Source: Pseudomonadota bacterium (GTDB lineage: Bacteria > Pseudomonadota > Gammaproteobacteria > Pseudomonadales > Azotimanducaceae). From it: a stretch of 64,000 nt of DNA. The notes below the pieces were generated by a model that worked only from the letters and a program-made list of their open reading frames with translations, ran no database searches and was not told where the DNA came from. Made by a program: the position numbers and the translations under genes. The stretch spans positions 86,714 through 150,713 of the forward strand of contig JBCCGT010000002.1 of the NCBI GenBank assembly GCA_039029135.1. Direction: 5' to 3'. This document shows, in pieces, positions 21,431 to 30,987 of this stretch; position 1 is the first letter of the stretch, and the number at the start of each line of letters is the position of its first letter.

Positions 21431-22231
21431 ATGCTCGTCATCATCTCGCCGGCCAAACGCCTGGATTTCGACACGCCAACCCCTCGCGCCATCGTCCCGA
21501 AGGCGACGCAGCCGGAGTTCATGGAGGATGCCGAGACGCTCGTTAAGACGCTGCGCGACTACACGCCGCGACGCCTGACCAACCTGATGGGCATCTCCAA
21601 GGATCTAGCGACGCTGAACCAGGAGCGCTACGCCGCTTGGCGCGCGCCGTTCACGCCCGACGACGCCAAGCCAGCCATGCTCGCGTTCAAGGGCGATGTG
21701 TATCTGGGGCTGCAGGCGGGACAGCTCGGCACCCGCGATCTGAACTGGGCGCAGAAGAACGTGCGTATCCTCTCTGGCCTGCACGGCGTGCTGCGTCCAC
21801 TCGACCTGATGCAGCCGTACCGCCTGGAAATGGGTACGGCGCTAAAGACCGGTCGCGGCAAAGACCTCTACCAGTTTTGGGATGACCGCGTTACCCATAC
21901 GCTCAACGCGGTCCTCGAAGGCCGCCGCAGCAAGGTGATTGTGAACCTCGCATCGAACGAGTACTTCGGCGTCGTCCAACCGGCCAAGCTGGCCGGGCGC
22001 CTGCTGAACGTGCGCTTCGAAGACCTGAACAAGGGCAAGTACAAGGTGCTGAGCTTCTTCGCGAAGAAAGCGCGCGGCATGATGACGCGCTACGTTATCG
22101 ACAAGCGAATCAGCGCCCCGCGCGGCTTGCTCGACTTCGACTATGGCGGTTACTACTACGCTGAGGCAGCATCCAGCGACGACACGCTCGTGTTCCGCCG
22201 CGACGGCGTCGATGCCCCGGCCAGCGCCTGA
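21431..22231 (+). CDS. yaaA: peroxide stress protein YaaA (UPF0246)
   Basis: N-terminus MLVIISPAKRLDF compares with E. coli YaaA MLILISPAKTLDY. Length 266 aa. Confidence 0.85.
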   Translation: MLVIISPAKRLDFDTPTPRAIVPKATQPEFMEDAETLVKTLRDYTPRRLTNLMGISKDLATLNQERYAAWRAPFTPDDAKPAMLAFKGDVYLGLQAGQLGTRDLNWAQKNVRILSGLHGVLRPLDLMQPYRLEMGTALKTGRGKDLYQFWDDRVTHTLNAVLEGRRSKVIVNLASNEYFGVVQPAKLAGRLLNVRFEDLNKGKYKVLSFFAKKARGMMTRYVIDKRISAPRGLLDFDYGGYYYAEAASSDDTLVFRRDGVDAPASA

Positions 22232-22268
22232 CAGGCCGCAGGACGCCAACAACCAGCAGGATGACCCG

Positions 22269-22568
22269 ATGACACAAGCCAGCAACCAAGAACTCGAGGC
22301 CGCCGTGTTCCGGCGCCTGGTCGCCCACCTCGACGAGCGCACGGACGTGCAGAACATCGAGCTCATGAATCTGGCGGGCTTCTGTCGTAACTGCCTGTCG
22401 AAATGGTACAAGGAAGCCGCTGCGGAGAGCGGCGCGCCGATCGAGTACGAAGCGGCCCGCGAGATCGTCTACGGCATGCCCTATGGCGACTGGAAGGCAA
22501 AGTACCAGCAGCCGGCGACCGCAGAGCAGCAGGCGGAGTTTGAGCGCCAGAACGCGCACACGGATTAG
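22269..22568 (+). CDS. DUF1244 domain protein
   Basis: ATG at 22269. The conserved FCRNCLSKWY motif is typical of DUF1244. Confidence 0.65.
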   Translation: MTQASNQELEAAVFRRLVAHLDERTDVQNIELMNLAGFCRNCLSKWYKEAAAESGAPIEYEAAREIVYGMPYGDWKAKYQQPATAEQQAEFERQNAHTD

Positions 22569-22617
22569 CGGCGAACGCGCGCGACACGACGCAACCAAGG
22601 CACGCGGGAACGAGCAC

Positions 22618-23346
22618 ATGACGGGACGCGGCATGCAGATCTGGCGAGAGTGGCGCGGTGTGGCGCTGTTCATCGTGCTGATGCTGCTGTTTCGATCGGT
22701 CATTGCCGACTGGAACCAGGTGCCCTCTGGCAGCATGCGACCCACCATCCTGATCGGCGATCGCGTCGTCGTGGACAAGCTGGCCTACGATCTGCGGGTC
22801 CCCTTTTCCATTCGCCGGTTGTCGCGGTTCGACGATCCAGGTCGCGGCGACATCGTGACCTTCGAGTCGCCACAGGACGGCAGGCTGCTCATTAAACGCG
22901 TCATCGGACTCCCCGGTGATCGCATTGCCATGCAGGACAACGAACTGATCGTCAACGGCCAGCCGGCCGACTACCGCCGCGTGGCGGGCGAAGAGTTGAC
23001 GCGACTCGAGCTGCCGGACGCTGAGCGCTTCGAAGTGCTTGAGGAAACCATCGCCGACCAAAGCTGGATCACGCTGCGCCTGAAGCAGTTCAATCGCCAA
23101 GTGAAGTCGTTCGAGGAGGTGCTCGTGCCTGCCGGGCAGTACTACATGCTGGGCGACAACCGCGATCGCAGCGGCGACTCGCGCTATATCGGCCTCGTCG
23201 ATCGCGCCGCCATTCTGGGTCGCGCCCACACCGTGGCGTTCTCGCTCGACTACGACAACTACTTCATTCCGCGCACGACCCGCTACGGCCGCTCGCTCGC
23301 GGCCGCAGAGCGCAGCCAGCAGATGCCGGCCCCGCCTGGCAGCTAG
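22618..23346 (+). CDS. lepB: signal peptidase I
   Basis: One N-terminal TM segment. Catalytic Ser box VPSGSMRPTI and Lys box LLIKRVIGLPGD. C-terminal GDNRDRSGDSRYIGLV. Confidence 0.85.
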   Translation: MTGRGMQIWREWRGVALFIVLMLLFRSVIADWNQVPSGSMRPTILIGDRVVVDKLAYDLRVPFSIRRLSRFDDPGRGDIVTFESPQDGRLLIKRVIGLPGDRIAMQDNELIVNGQPADYRRVAGEELTRLELPDAERFEVLEETIADQSWITLRLKQFNRQVKSFEEVLVPAGQYYMLGDNRDRSGDSRYIGLVDRAAILGRAHTVAFSLDYDNYFIPRTTRYGRSLAAAERSQQMPAPPGS

Positions 23347-23406
23347 GGAACTGACGCCACACCACAACAAACGCATACCGTCAGACGCAACGAGGGGGAG
23401 AGGCTA

Positions 23407-24024
23407 ATGACGACGCTATATGGAGTTTCGGGATCGCGCGCGATCCGTTCGATCTGGGCCATCGAGGAAGTCGGCATCGACTACGAGCACGTGCCCACCC
23501 ACTTCTTCAACGACTCCAAGACCGAGGACTACCTCGCGATTAATCCCAACGGTCGCATCCCGACGCTGCAGGACGACGGGCCCGACGGTCCGATCACCCT
23601 GTGCGAGTCCATGGCGATCAACCTATACCTGGCCAAGCACTACGGGGGCGATCTGTACCCGGCGACCGCGGCCGACGAGGCCCTGGCCTGGCAGTGGAGC
23701 GTGTGGGCGATCTCCGAGATCGAACCGCTGCAGATGCAGATCGTGGTCCAAAAGCTGTTTACGCCGGAAGAGAAACGCAATCCCAAGGTCATCGCCGGCG
23801 CCGAAAAGGGACTGCGGCGGCCGCTGGGCGTCCTGGACGCGCATCTGGCCAAGCGTGACTGGCTGCTAGGCGATGCCTTCACGGTTGCGGACCTCAACGT
23901 CGCGGCGGTCATGCTGCTGTTCGACATGATCGAGCTGGATACCAGCGACTTCAGCGGTGTGTCCCGCTGGCGTAGCACGTGCGGCGCGCGCCCGGCGCTG
24001 GCCCGCGCGCAGGCGAAGGCGTGA
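23407..24024 (+). CDS. glutathione S-transferase family protein
   Basis: 205 aa. GST N-terminal thioredoxin-like fold (INPNGRIPTL...ESMAINLYL) and a helical C-terminal domain. Confidence 0.75.
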   Translation: MTTLYGVSGSRAIRSIWAIEEVGIDYEHVPTHFFNDSKTEDYLAINPNGRIPTLQDDGPDGPITLCESMAINLYLAKHYGGDLYPATAADEALAWQWSVWAISEIEPLQMQIVVQKLFTPEEKRNPKVIAGAEKGLRRPLGVLDAHLAKRDWLLGDAFTVADLNVAAVMLLFDMIELDTSDFSGVSRWRSTCGARPALARAQAKA

Positions 24025-25184
24025 CCGCGGCCGCGCTGACCGTCGCACCGCTGCTGGAGCAGATCGCGGCGGGCGCGGCGAGTGCTGACGTCGAACGCAG
24101 CGTCGATCGCGGCGTCATCGACGCGATTAAGGCCAACCCCGTCATGCGCATGACCGCGGCGGAAAGCATCGCCGGCAGCGACGCCAGCAGCGTCGCCGTC
24201 GCCGCAGAGCTGGCTGCCGTCGCGGCGGCCTGCAGCTCAACGGCCTGGTGCCTGTGGAATCACCTGTGCACCTTTCACCTGTTTTGCGGCCTCCTGGGTC
24301 CGGAAAACGCCGATCAGCTACGTGGCATCACCGAGCGGGCGGAGTGGGTCTGTTTCCCGGCCGGCGCGGGAACGGCGAGCAAGGGCGAACTGGATGGCGG
24401 CGAGGTCGTCATCACCGGGCAGGCGGCGTTCGGCTCGGGCGGCCGCTATGCCGACTATGCCGGCGCGAGCTTTCGGGCGCCGGACAGCGACGGCGTCGCG
24501 TTCGCCCTCGTCGATCTGCACCAGGCCGAAGTACGCATCGATCCGACCTGGCGGGCGATGAGCCTGCGCGCGTCGGCGACAGACGACGTCCACTACGCCG
24601 GCGCGCGCGTCGACGCCGCACGAGTGGTGGCGTTTCCGTTTCGCTATCGCGAGGTCTTTCGCGACCCCGAGCGAGACATGATTCACCCGCGCTATCGCGA
24701 GGACTGGGTGGCGCTGTCTGATCTGTGGCTCGGCGCCATGGCGGCGGGCGTCGCACAGGCGGCACTGGACGAGGTCTGTGACGGCATCCGTGAGCGCGTC
24801 GCGATCGCCGGCGTAAAGGTGGCCGAGCGTCCCACCGTGCACGTCAACCTCGGTCAGGCGCAGGCCGCGATCTCGGCGGCGCGCGACACGGTCGACGCGG
24901 CCTGTCGCGAGACAGATGCCCGCATTGCGGCGCGGCAAATCCCGACCGAGACCGACTATCTGCGGCAAATGGCCGCGGGCATGCAGGCGCTGCGTCTGTG
25001 CGATGACGCGATGCGCCTGCTGCTGCGTATCCAGGGCGGCAACGGGCTGCGCGAGGGCACGAACTTCGAGCGCCGCTATCGCGATTTTCAGGCCATGCCG
25101 CTGCACATCAACGCCCATCCCGACCGGGTGACCGAGCAGTACGGCCGCGCGCTGTTGGGGCTAGCCACAGAGAATCCCTTCTAG
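24021..25184 (+). CDS. acyl-CoA dehydrogenase-fold flavoprotein (ACAD / flavin monooxygenase-like)
   Basis: The GTG at 24021 overlaps the GST stop (GTGA). The C-terminal half (...GGNGLREGTNFERRYRDFQAM...) resembles the ACAD C-terminal helical domain. Substrate unknown. Confidence 0.55.
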   Translation: MTAAALTVAPLLEQIAAGAASADVERSVDRGVIDAIKANPVMRMTAAESIAGSDASSVAVAAELAAVAAACSSTAWCLWNHLCTFHLFCGLLGPENADQLRGITERAEWVCFPAGAGTASKGELDGGEVVITGQAAFGSGGRYADYAGASFRAPDSDGVAFALVDLHQAEVRIDPTWRAMSLRASATDDVHYAGARVDAARVVAFPFRYREVFRDPERDMIHPRYREDWVALSDLWLGAMAAGVAQAALDEVCDGIRERVAIAGVKVAERPTVHVNLGQAQAAISAARDTVDAACRETDARIAARQIPTETDYLRQMAAGMQALRLCDDAMRLLLRIQGGNGLREGTNFERRYRDFQAMPLHINAHPDRVTEQYGRALLGLATENPF

Positions 25185-25607
25185 CCGAACGCCGCGCACG
25201 CGGACGGCACGCGGCGCCGTCTGCGCCAGCAGTCCAGGGACAGATGCCGGGCGTTAGGGGCCTCTAGGCGTTGTGCTCTGCCAACACTGTCTCTTTGCCT
25301 GGTTGGTTCAACCAGCCAACTCTTGAGCGATCTGACCAGCCGCCGAACGGCGCGGCCAAATTCGCTTACCTAGTTTTTTCCTAATGTTTTCAGCCGTTTG
25401 CAACCCACCGTCCGTGCCTGCAGCGGCTGGCACGATTCCTGATTCAGGCCTTGGAGCGCGCCCGAGACGCGGGCCCGCCGGCCGGCGCAACCCAGCCGTT
25501 CGGCACGCAACAGGACAGCGTTAAGTATCGGTACAGGCGGCCCACATAAGGTGGCGCGTCTGGCCTACCGCCATGGAAGGCGCCAAGAAGGTGCAAAGGA
25601 GCTCGGT

Positions 25608-28600
25608 GTGATTCAGACGTTCGCCCGCCACCCGGTAGCCGCCAATCTGACCATGGTGCTGATGATCATGGCCGGCGTCTGGGCGCTCAAGGGCATGCCC
25701 ACCCAGCTCGACCCACCGGCGAACCTGCCGCTGATCTGGGTGGAGGTGTCGTGGCGCGGCGCAAGCGCAGAGGATCTGGAGACGCTGGTCACCCGACCCA
25801 TCGAGCAACAGCTGCGCAATCTGCAGGCGCTGCGCGAGCTGCGCTCGTACACCGTCAACGGCTTTACCCGCATCAACGTCTGGTTCGAATACGACGCCGA
25901 CCGCGGCATGGCGCTCGACGACGTAAAGCAGAAGGTCGCGAACATTCGCAACCTGCCGGGTGACATCGAACCCCCGGTGGTGCGCCCATTCGTGGACCTG
26001 GAGCCGGTCGCCAGCGTGATCGTCACGGCGCCCGGCGAGCTGGCCGAGATGCTGCCGCTGGTGCGCCGCCTGGAGCGGGACCTGCTGCAGCGCGGCGTGG
26101 AACAGGTCACCTTCGACGGCCTGCCGGACGAAGAGATCGCGCTGCTCGTGTCCGGCCAGCGCCTGCAGCAGATGGGCATGAGCCTGGAGGCGTTCGCGGC
26201 CGCCGTGGCCGCGGTCAGCCAGAACGTGCCCGCAGGCACGCTCGGCGTCGGCCAGGGTTCGGTCCAGCTACGCAGCCTCGACCAGCGCCGCGACACCGAC
26301 GGCTTCAACGATCTCGAGCTGGCGATCGGCGAGCGCGTGTACCGTCTGGGCGAGCTCGCCGAGGCGCAGCGGCGCGGCGTGCCCGGTCAGCCCGAGCTGA
26401 GGAAAAACGGTCAGGCGGCCATCGAGATGCAGATCTGGCGCGACGTGTCGGGCGACGCGCTGGCGGCGAATCGCGTTCTCGAGGCGTGGCTGCAGGAGAC
26501 GACGCCAACCCTGCCCGCAGGCGTCGCGCTAAGCATCGACTTGAAGGTCTGGGACATGCTCGGCGCGCAGCTCGGCATGATCCTCAAGAACGGCATGTCC
26601 GGCATGCTGCTGGTCGTGGCCGTGCTTTTCGTGTTCCTGAACGGCCGCACCGCGTGGTGGGTGACCGCCGGCATACCCGTGAGTTTTCTGCTCGCGCTCG
26701 CTTTGCTCTACAGCGGCTTCGGCTACGGGATCAGCATCATCGCTCTAATCGGTCTGATCATGGCGCTGGGGATCGTGGTCGACGACGCCATCGTTGTCGG
26801 CGAGGAGATCGTCACCCAGTTCGAGGCGGGCAAGTCCGCCGAGGCGGCCGCAATAGACGGCGCACGACGCATGTGGGCACCCGTCGCCACCTCGTCGCTC
26901 ACTACCCTCGCCGCCTTCGGCCCGATCATCGCCGTCGGCGGCGTGCTTGGTCCGATGGTGCTCGCCCTGCCCACGGTCCTGCTGTGCGTGATCGTCGCCT
27001 CGCTCATCGAGTGCTTCCTGGTGTTGCCCGGGCACCTGCGCTCGGCGCTAGCACGCACGACGTCGCAGAAGAAGGTCGGCCGCCGCGAGCGTTTCATCCA
27101 GGGCTTCTATCGCTTTCGCGACGATCGCTTCATCCCCGCCGTCCGACTCGCGCTGCGCTATCCGGGCGCGACGCTGACCTGCGCGATCGGCGGGGTCGTA
27201 CTGGCCGCCAGCCTCATTGCTAGCGGCCACGTGGGCTTCAATCTGACCGTCGGTTTCGATTTCGAGTCCATTACCGCGGACGCCGAGTTCGCCGCGAGCG
27301 CGACGCCCGAGCAGCGCGAGCGCTTCGTCGCCCACCTGGAGCAGACGCTCAGCGAGGTCAACGAGGAACTCGCGGCAGACAACGGCCGCCGCAACGTCAC
27401 GGGCTGGACCGTGAAACACAACGCGGCCAGCTTCAATCAGGAACGCGTCACCGGCAAACAGTATGTGTCGCTGCAGGCCGCCTACGCGTTCGAGGAGCAG
27501 CGCTCGGCCGACCCAGCGGCGTTCGAGACCCTGTGGCGGGCCCGCGTGACGCGTCCGCACTACGTCGAGCGCTTCGTGCTCGCCGTGGCGGGTGGCGCCG
27601 GCGGTGGTGATCCGGAAATCAATCTCGTCCTGCGCGGCGACGACACGGCCTCGCTGAAGCGCGGCGCGCAGGAGCTGATCGGCGCCCTGCAGGGCTACGC
27701 GGGCGTTTCAAACGTCATCGACAATCTGCCCTACGGTAAGGAGCAGATCATCTTCTCGCTCACGCCGACGGGTCGCTCACTAGGTCTTTCGGCCCAGGAG
27801 GTAGGCCGCCAGCTACGCGCCGCCTACGCCGGCGCGCGCGTGCAGATCTTCAACGAGGACAATGCCGAGATCGAAGTCCGCGTGCTCTTGCACGACGACG
27901 AGCGACGCGACATCGGTCAACTCCGACGGTTTCCGATCGAGACGGCGGGCGGCTTCGTTGCCCTCGGCAGCATCGCCGAGCTGCACAACCGACGCGGCAT
28001 CGACACGATTCGCCATCACAACGGCCAGATGTCGGTGGCGGTTTCCGCCGACGTCGACACCTCGGTCGCGAATGCGCTGACGATCATCAACGGCGTCAAG
28101 GCCGACGCGCTGCCCGCGATCCTGGACCGGCACGGGCTGCAGTTCGATCTCGGCGGCCGCTCACGGCAGGACGCTCAGATGCTGGACACCATGGCGCTGG
28201 GCGCCGTGCTGACCCTGGTGCTGATCTATCTGATCCTCGCGTGGGCGTTTTCCTCCTACCTGTGGCCCTTCGCCATCATGCTGGCCATACCGTTTGGCTT
28301 TACCGGCGCCGTCTTCGGTCACTGGGTCATGGGCTGGGACTTCGGCGCCATGTCGCTGCTCGCGTTCATGGCGCTCACGGGGATCGTGGTGAACGATTCC
28401 ATCGTCCTGATCAGCGTGCTGCGCGAACGCCTGCGCGACGGCAGCGACATGACCAGCGCGCTGCTCGATGCCGTGCGCTCACGGTTTCGCGCCGTCGTGC
28501 TGACGTCCCTGACGACCGTCGCGGGACTCGCGCCGCTGTTGCTCGAAGACTCGAGTCTCGACCTGTTCTTCACGCCGATCGCGATCACGCTGTGTTTCGG

Positions 28601-28754
28601 GCTGTCGTTCGCAACGCTGCTGGTGCTGATCGTAATTCCCACGATGCTGCTGCAGCTCGAGCGCGCCAAGTCCTGGGGCCGGGCGTTCACAGCCCGCGCC
28701 AAGGCGGGCGTCCCATCACCTTTCGCAACACCAAATTCTGGAGTAAGCCGATGA
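25608..28754 (+). CDS. RND efflux transporter permease (AcrB/AcrD/AcrF family)
   Basis: The GTG at 25608 is preceded by AAGGAG (25596-25601). About 1048 aa. Two 6-TM bundles with large periplasmic loops and typical motifs (LGIVVDDAIVV, GIVVNDSIVLI). Confidence 0.85.
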   Translation: MIQTFARHPVAANLTMVLMIMAGVWALKGMPTQLDPPANLPLIWVEVSWRGASAEDLETLVTRPIEQQLRNLQALRELRSYTVNGFTRINVWFEYDADRGMALDDVKQKVANIRNLPGDIEPPVVRPFVDLEPVASVIVTAPGELAEMLPLVRRLERDLLQRGVEQVTFDGLPDEEIALLVSGQRLQQMGMSLEAFAAAVAAVSQNVPAGTLGVGQGSVQLRSLDQRRDTDGFNDLELAIGERVYRLGELAEAQRRGVPGQPELRKNGQAAIEMQIWRDVSGDALAANRVLEAWLQETTPTLPAGVALSIDLKVWDMLGAQLGMILKNGMSGMLLVVAVLFVFLNGRTAWWVTAGIPVSFLLALALLYSGFGYGISIIALIGLIMALGIVVDDAIVVGEEIVTQFEAGKSAEAAAIDGARRMWAPVATSSLTTLAAFGPIIAVGGVLGPMVLALPTVLLCVIVASLIECFLVLPGHLRSALARTTSQKKVGRRERFIQGFYRFRDDRFIPAVRLALRYPGATLTCAIGGVVLAASLIASGHVGFNLTVGFDFESITADAEFAASATPEQRERFVAHLEQTLSEVNEELAADNGRRNVTGWTVKHNAASFNQERVTGKQYVSLQAAYAFEEQRSADPAAFETLWRARVTRPHYVERFVLAVAGGAGGGDPEINLVLRGDDTASLKRGAQELIGALQGYAGVSNVIDNLPYGKEQIIFSLTPTGRSLGLSAQEVGRQLRAAYAGARVQIFNEDNAEIEVRVLLHDDERRDIGQLRRFPIETAGGFVALGSIAELHNRRGIDTIRHHNGQMSVAVSADVDTSVANALTIINGVKADALPAILDRHGLQFDLGGRSRQDAQMLDTMALGAVLTLVLIYLILAWAFSSYLWPFAIMLAIPFGFTGAVFGHWVMGWDFGAMSLLAFMALTGIVVNDSIVLISVLRERLRDGSDMTSALLDAVRSRFRAVVLTSLTTVAGLAPLLLEDSSLDLFFTPIAITLCFGLSFATLLVLIVIPTMLLQLERAKSWGRAFTARAKAGVPSPFATPNSGVSR

Positions 28755-30166
28755 CGTCCCCGGAAGCAGGCATCGCCGATCCACGCCCGGACAACCAAGG
28801 GCGCGCGCGGCCGGTATGGATCAGCGCGGGCATCGTTGCGGCGACTCTGACCCTCAGCGCGCTGATTTTCGTGACCGGTCCCGACAACGCGCCGACGCCG
28901 CCGGAGGAAAAGGCCTGGTCCGTCTCGACCATGCTGGTGGATCCGCGACCGGCGACGCCCAGCTTTACGGGCTACGGACGCGTGCATTCACGCGCCATGG
29001 CCAAGCTGACCTCCGACATCTCCGCGACGGTAGCGGCGGTGCACGCCGAGGAAGGGCAACAAGCCGCGGCAGGCGCGCTCCTGGTGCAGCTCGACCCCAG
29101 CCAGTTTCGGCTCTCAGTCGCCGAACGCGAGGCTGAGCTAGCACAGCGCCAGGCTAATCTCGCGAGCGTCGAGTCCGAGCTGCTGCTCGCGCGGCGTACC
29201 GACAAACAGCACGCATCCATGCAGCGCATCGCCCGCGCAAAGCAGGCGCGACACGAGCAGCTGTTGCGCGATCGTCTGATTAGCCGCGCCCTGTACGACG
29301 AGGTGGCGCAGGCGACAAGTCAGGTCGACATCGAGTTTCAGCGCCACAAGCAGCAGCTCACACAGCTCCCGCATCGGGTGGCTGCCGCCAAGGCGGAAGT
29401 GAGACGCGCCGAGGCGCAGCTCGATAGCGCCCGCATCGACCTGTCAAAAACCGAGCTGCGTGCCCCGTTTGCCGGGCCCGTCACCGCGGTCAACGCGGCC
29501 GTGGGTGACCGCATGCTGCCCGGAGCCGTGCTCGTCGAGATGGCCGACGACGATGCGTTCGAGCTGCGGGTGCCGATTCCAGACACCTACATCGCGCAGA
29601 TTCGCGGCGCGCTGGACGCCGGCGGTGAGGTCGCGGGCACCAGCCGGCTGGGCATCACCAAGCTGACGCGGATGGCCTCGGTCGTGGCGCCCGGCCAGTC
29701 CGGGCTCGACGGTTTTTTCGCCATCGGCAACGCGACCGAGCGACGCCCGGCGGTGGGTCAGATCGTCGAGGTCAGCGTCGCGCTGCCCATCATCCAGGGC
29801 ACCGTGGCGCTACCCCCGCAGGCCCTGTATGAAAACCGCCGCGTCTACGCCGTGGTGGATGACCGCCTGCAGGCGCTGCCGGTAGAGCGGGTCGGCGAGA
29901 CGCGCGACAACCAGGGCAACTATCGGGTGCTGGTCCGATCCCGGGCGCTCGCCCGGCACGCCGAGATCATCACAACCCAGCTCCCCGCTGCGATGCCCGG
30001 CCTGCTGGTGCAGCCCAGCCGCGACGCCACCAATCTCGTCTTCAGCGGCGACGGCGAGGAAGGGGCACCGCAACTGGACGACGCGCGGCTGACGCTCGAG
30101 CCGCCCGAGGCGGAGCCAAGCAGCACGGGTCGCAACGCCGGGACCCCCGCAACTCGACCATCGTGA
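28751..30166 (+). CDS. efflux periplasmic adaptor (HlyD/MFP family)
   Basis: The ATG at 28751 overlaps the RND stop (ATGA). N-terminal TM anchor, a coiled-coil hairpin segment, and the lipoyl-like motif [16 protein letters not shown]. Confidence 0.75.
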   Translation: MTSPEAGIADPRPDNQGRARPVWISAGIVAATLTLSALIFVTGPDNAPTPPEEKAWSVSTMLVDPRPATPSFTGYGRVHSRAMAKLTSDISATVAAVHAEEGQQAAAGALLVQLDPSQFRLSVAEREAELAQRQANLASVESELLLARRTDKQHASMQRIARAKQARHEQLLRDRLISRALYDEVAQATSQVDIEFQRHKQQLTQLPHRVAAAKAEVRRAEAQLDSARIDLSKTELRAPFAGPVTAVNAAVGDRMLPGAVLVEMADDDAFELRVPIPDTYIAQIRGALDAGGEVAGTSRLGITKLTRMASVVAPGQSGLDGFFAIGNATERRPAVGQIVEVSVALPIIQGTVALPPQALYENRRVYAVVDDRLQALPVERVGETRDNQGNYRVLVRSRALARHAEIITTQLPAAMPGLLVQPSRDATNLVFSGDGEEGAPQLDDARLTLEPPEAEPSSTGRNAGTPATRPS

Positions 30167-30203
30167 TAGCCTCAAGACCACGTTCGAACAACGAGACCCG
30201 GAT

Positions 30204-30815
30204 ATGGCAAAGAGCTTCACCAGCACCGTCGTCGGTCTGCTGAGCCTGTTTACACTCACCGCGTGCAGCGGCGAGACCGAGCAGGCGAGCGCGCAGGCAG
30301 CAAGCGCCGCGCCGACCCCAGCCGCGGCCCAGGCCGCAGCGGCGCCGCCGGCCGCGGACCCGCAGGTGGGGTCGAGCGCGCCGGACTTCGCGCTGCCGGG
30401 GTCCGACGGCAAGACGCACCGCCTCAGCGACTACGCCGGTCGCCACGTCGTGGTCGCGTTCTTCCCTAAGGCCTTCACCGGGGGCTGAACTCTGCAATGC
30501 AAGGCGCTGCGTGACAGTGACCAGGAAATTCGCAACTTCGACGTCGCCTACTTTATGGCGAGCACCGATTCACTCGCGGACAACACGGCGTTCGCGCTCA
30601 AGAATGACGCCAGCTTTCCGATTCTCGCGGACGAAGACAAATCGGCGAGCGCGGCCTTCGGCGTGCTGGGCGGCAGCGGCTACGCGTCGCGCGTCACCTT
30701 CTATATCGATCCAACAGGGAAGATCGCCAGGATCGACCGCGCGGTGAATCCACGCACGGCAGGCGCTGATCTCGTGAGTGCCTTACAGGCGTTGGGCGTG
30801 CCCGCAGCCGGGTAG
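30204..30815 (+). CDS. Bcp/PrxQ-type peroxiredoxin lipoprotein with an in-frame TGA at the peroxidatic Cys position (candidate selenoprotein; otherwise a pseudogene)
   Basis: ORFs 30204..30488 and 30555..30815 share a frame and are separated only by the TGA at 30486-30488. Read-through gives [13 protein letters not shown][U]TLQCKALRD, versus E. coli Bcp FYPKAMTPGCTVQACGLRD. Lipobox LFTLTAC at the N-terminus. Confidence 0.6.
30492..30517 (+). promoter_or_regulatory. candidate bacterial SECIS-like stem-loop downstream of the in-frame TGA
   Basis: CUG(CA)AUGCA-AGGCGC-UGCGU(GA)CAG: a 3-bp lower stem, a 2x2 internal loop, a 5-bp upper stem including one G-U pair, and a G-rich 6-nt loop. It starts 3 nt after the UGA. 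Modest stability, and a little closer to the UGA than canonical models. Confidence 0.3.
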
Positions 30816-30887
30816 CCTCCGGTCAAGCAGAGATCGCGCCTATTGTGTGAGCTTAGGTGCGTCCGGCGCTCGCCTATGGCTTTACCT

Positions 30888-30912
30888 TATGAATGAGAAT
30901 GATTATCATTTG
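30888..30912. promoter_or_regulatory. Fur box
   Basis: The core of atGAATGAGAATGATTATCATTTGt matches the Fur consensus segment AATGATAATCATTATC at 14 of 16 positions. It lies in an AT-rich island about 80 nt upstream of the 30988 gene. Confidence 0.7.
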
Positions 30913-30987
30913 TGAAATCGGGCGTGGCGCATGCACCGTCCACGCACGCGGGCCGGGCATATTGGTTACGCCTTGAGGACTCACTAG

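Noticed and set aside
22618-23346. Signal peptidase I gene considered as the missing NiSOD maturation protease SodX
   Set aside because: It is 14 kb from sodN, of full LepB size with a TM anchor, and sits in a housekeeping context. SodX proteins are small and normally adjacent to sodN.
28241-28750. N-terminal 170-aa extension of the adaptor ORF (28241..30166)
   Set aside because: It lies inside the RND permease gene in another frame. The ATG at 28751 gives a normal anchor-first adaptor protein.
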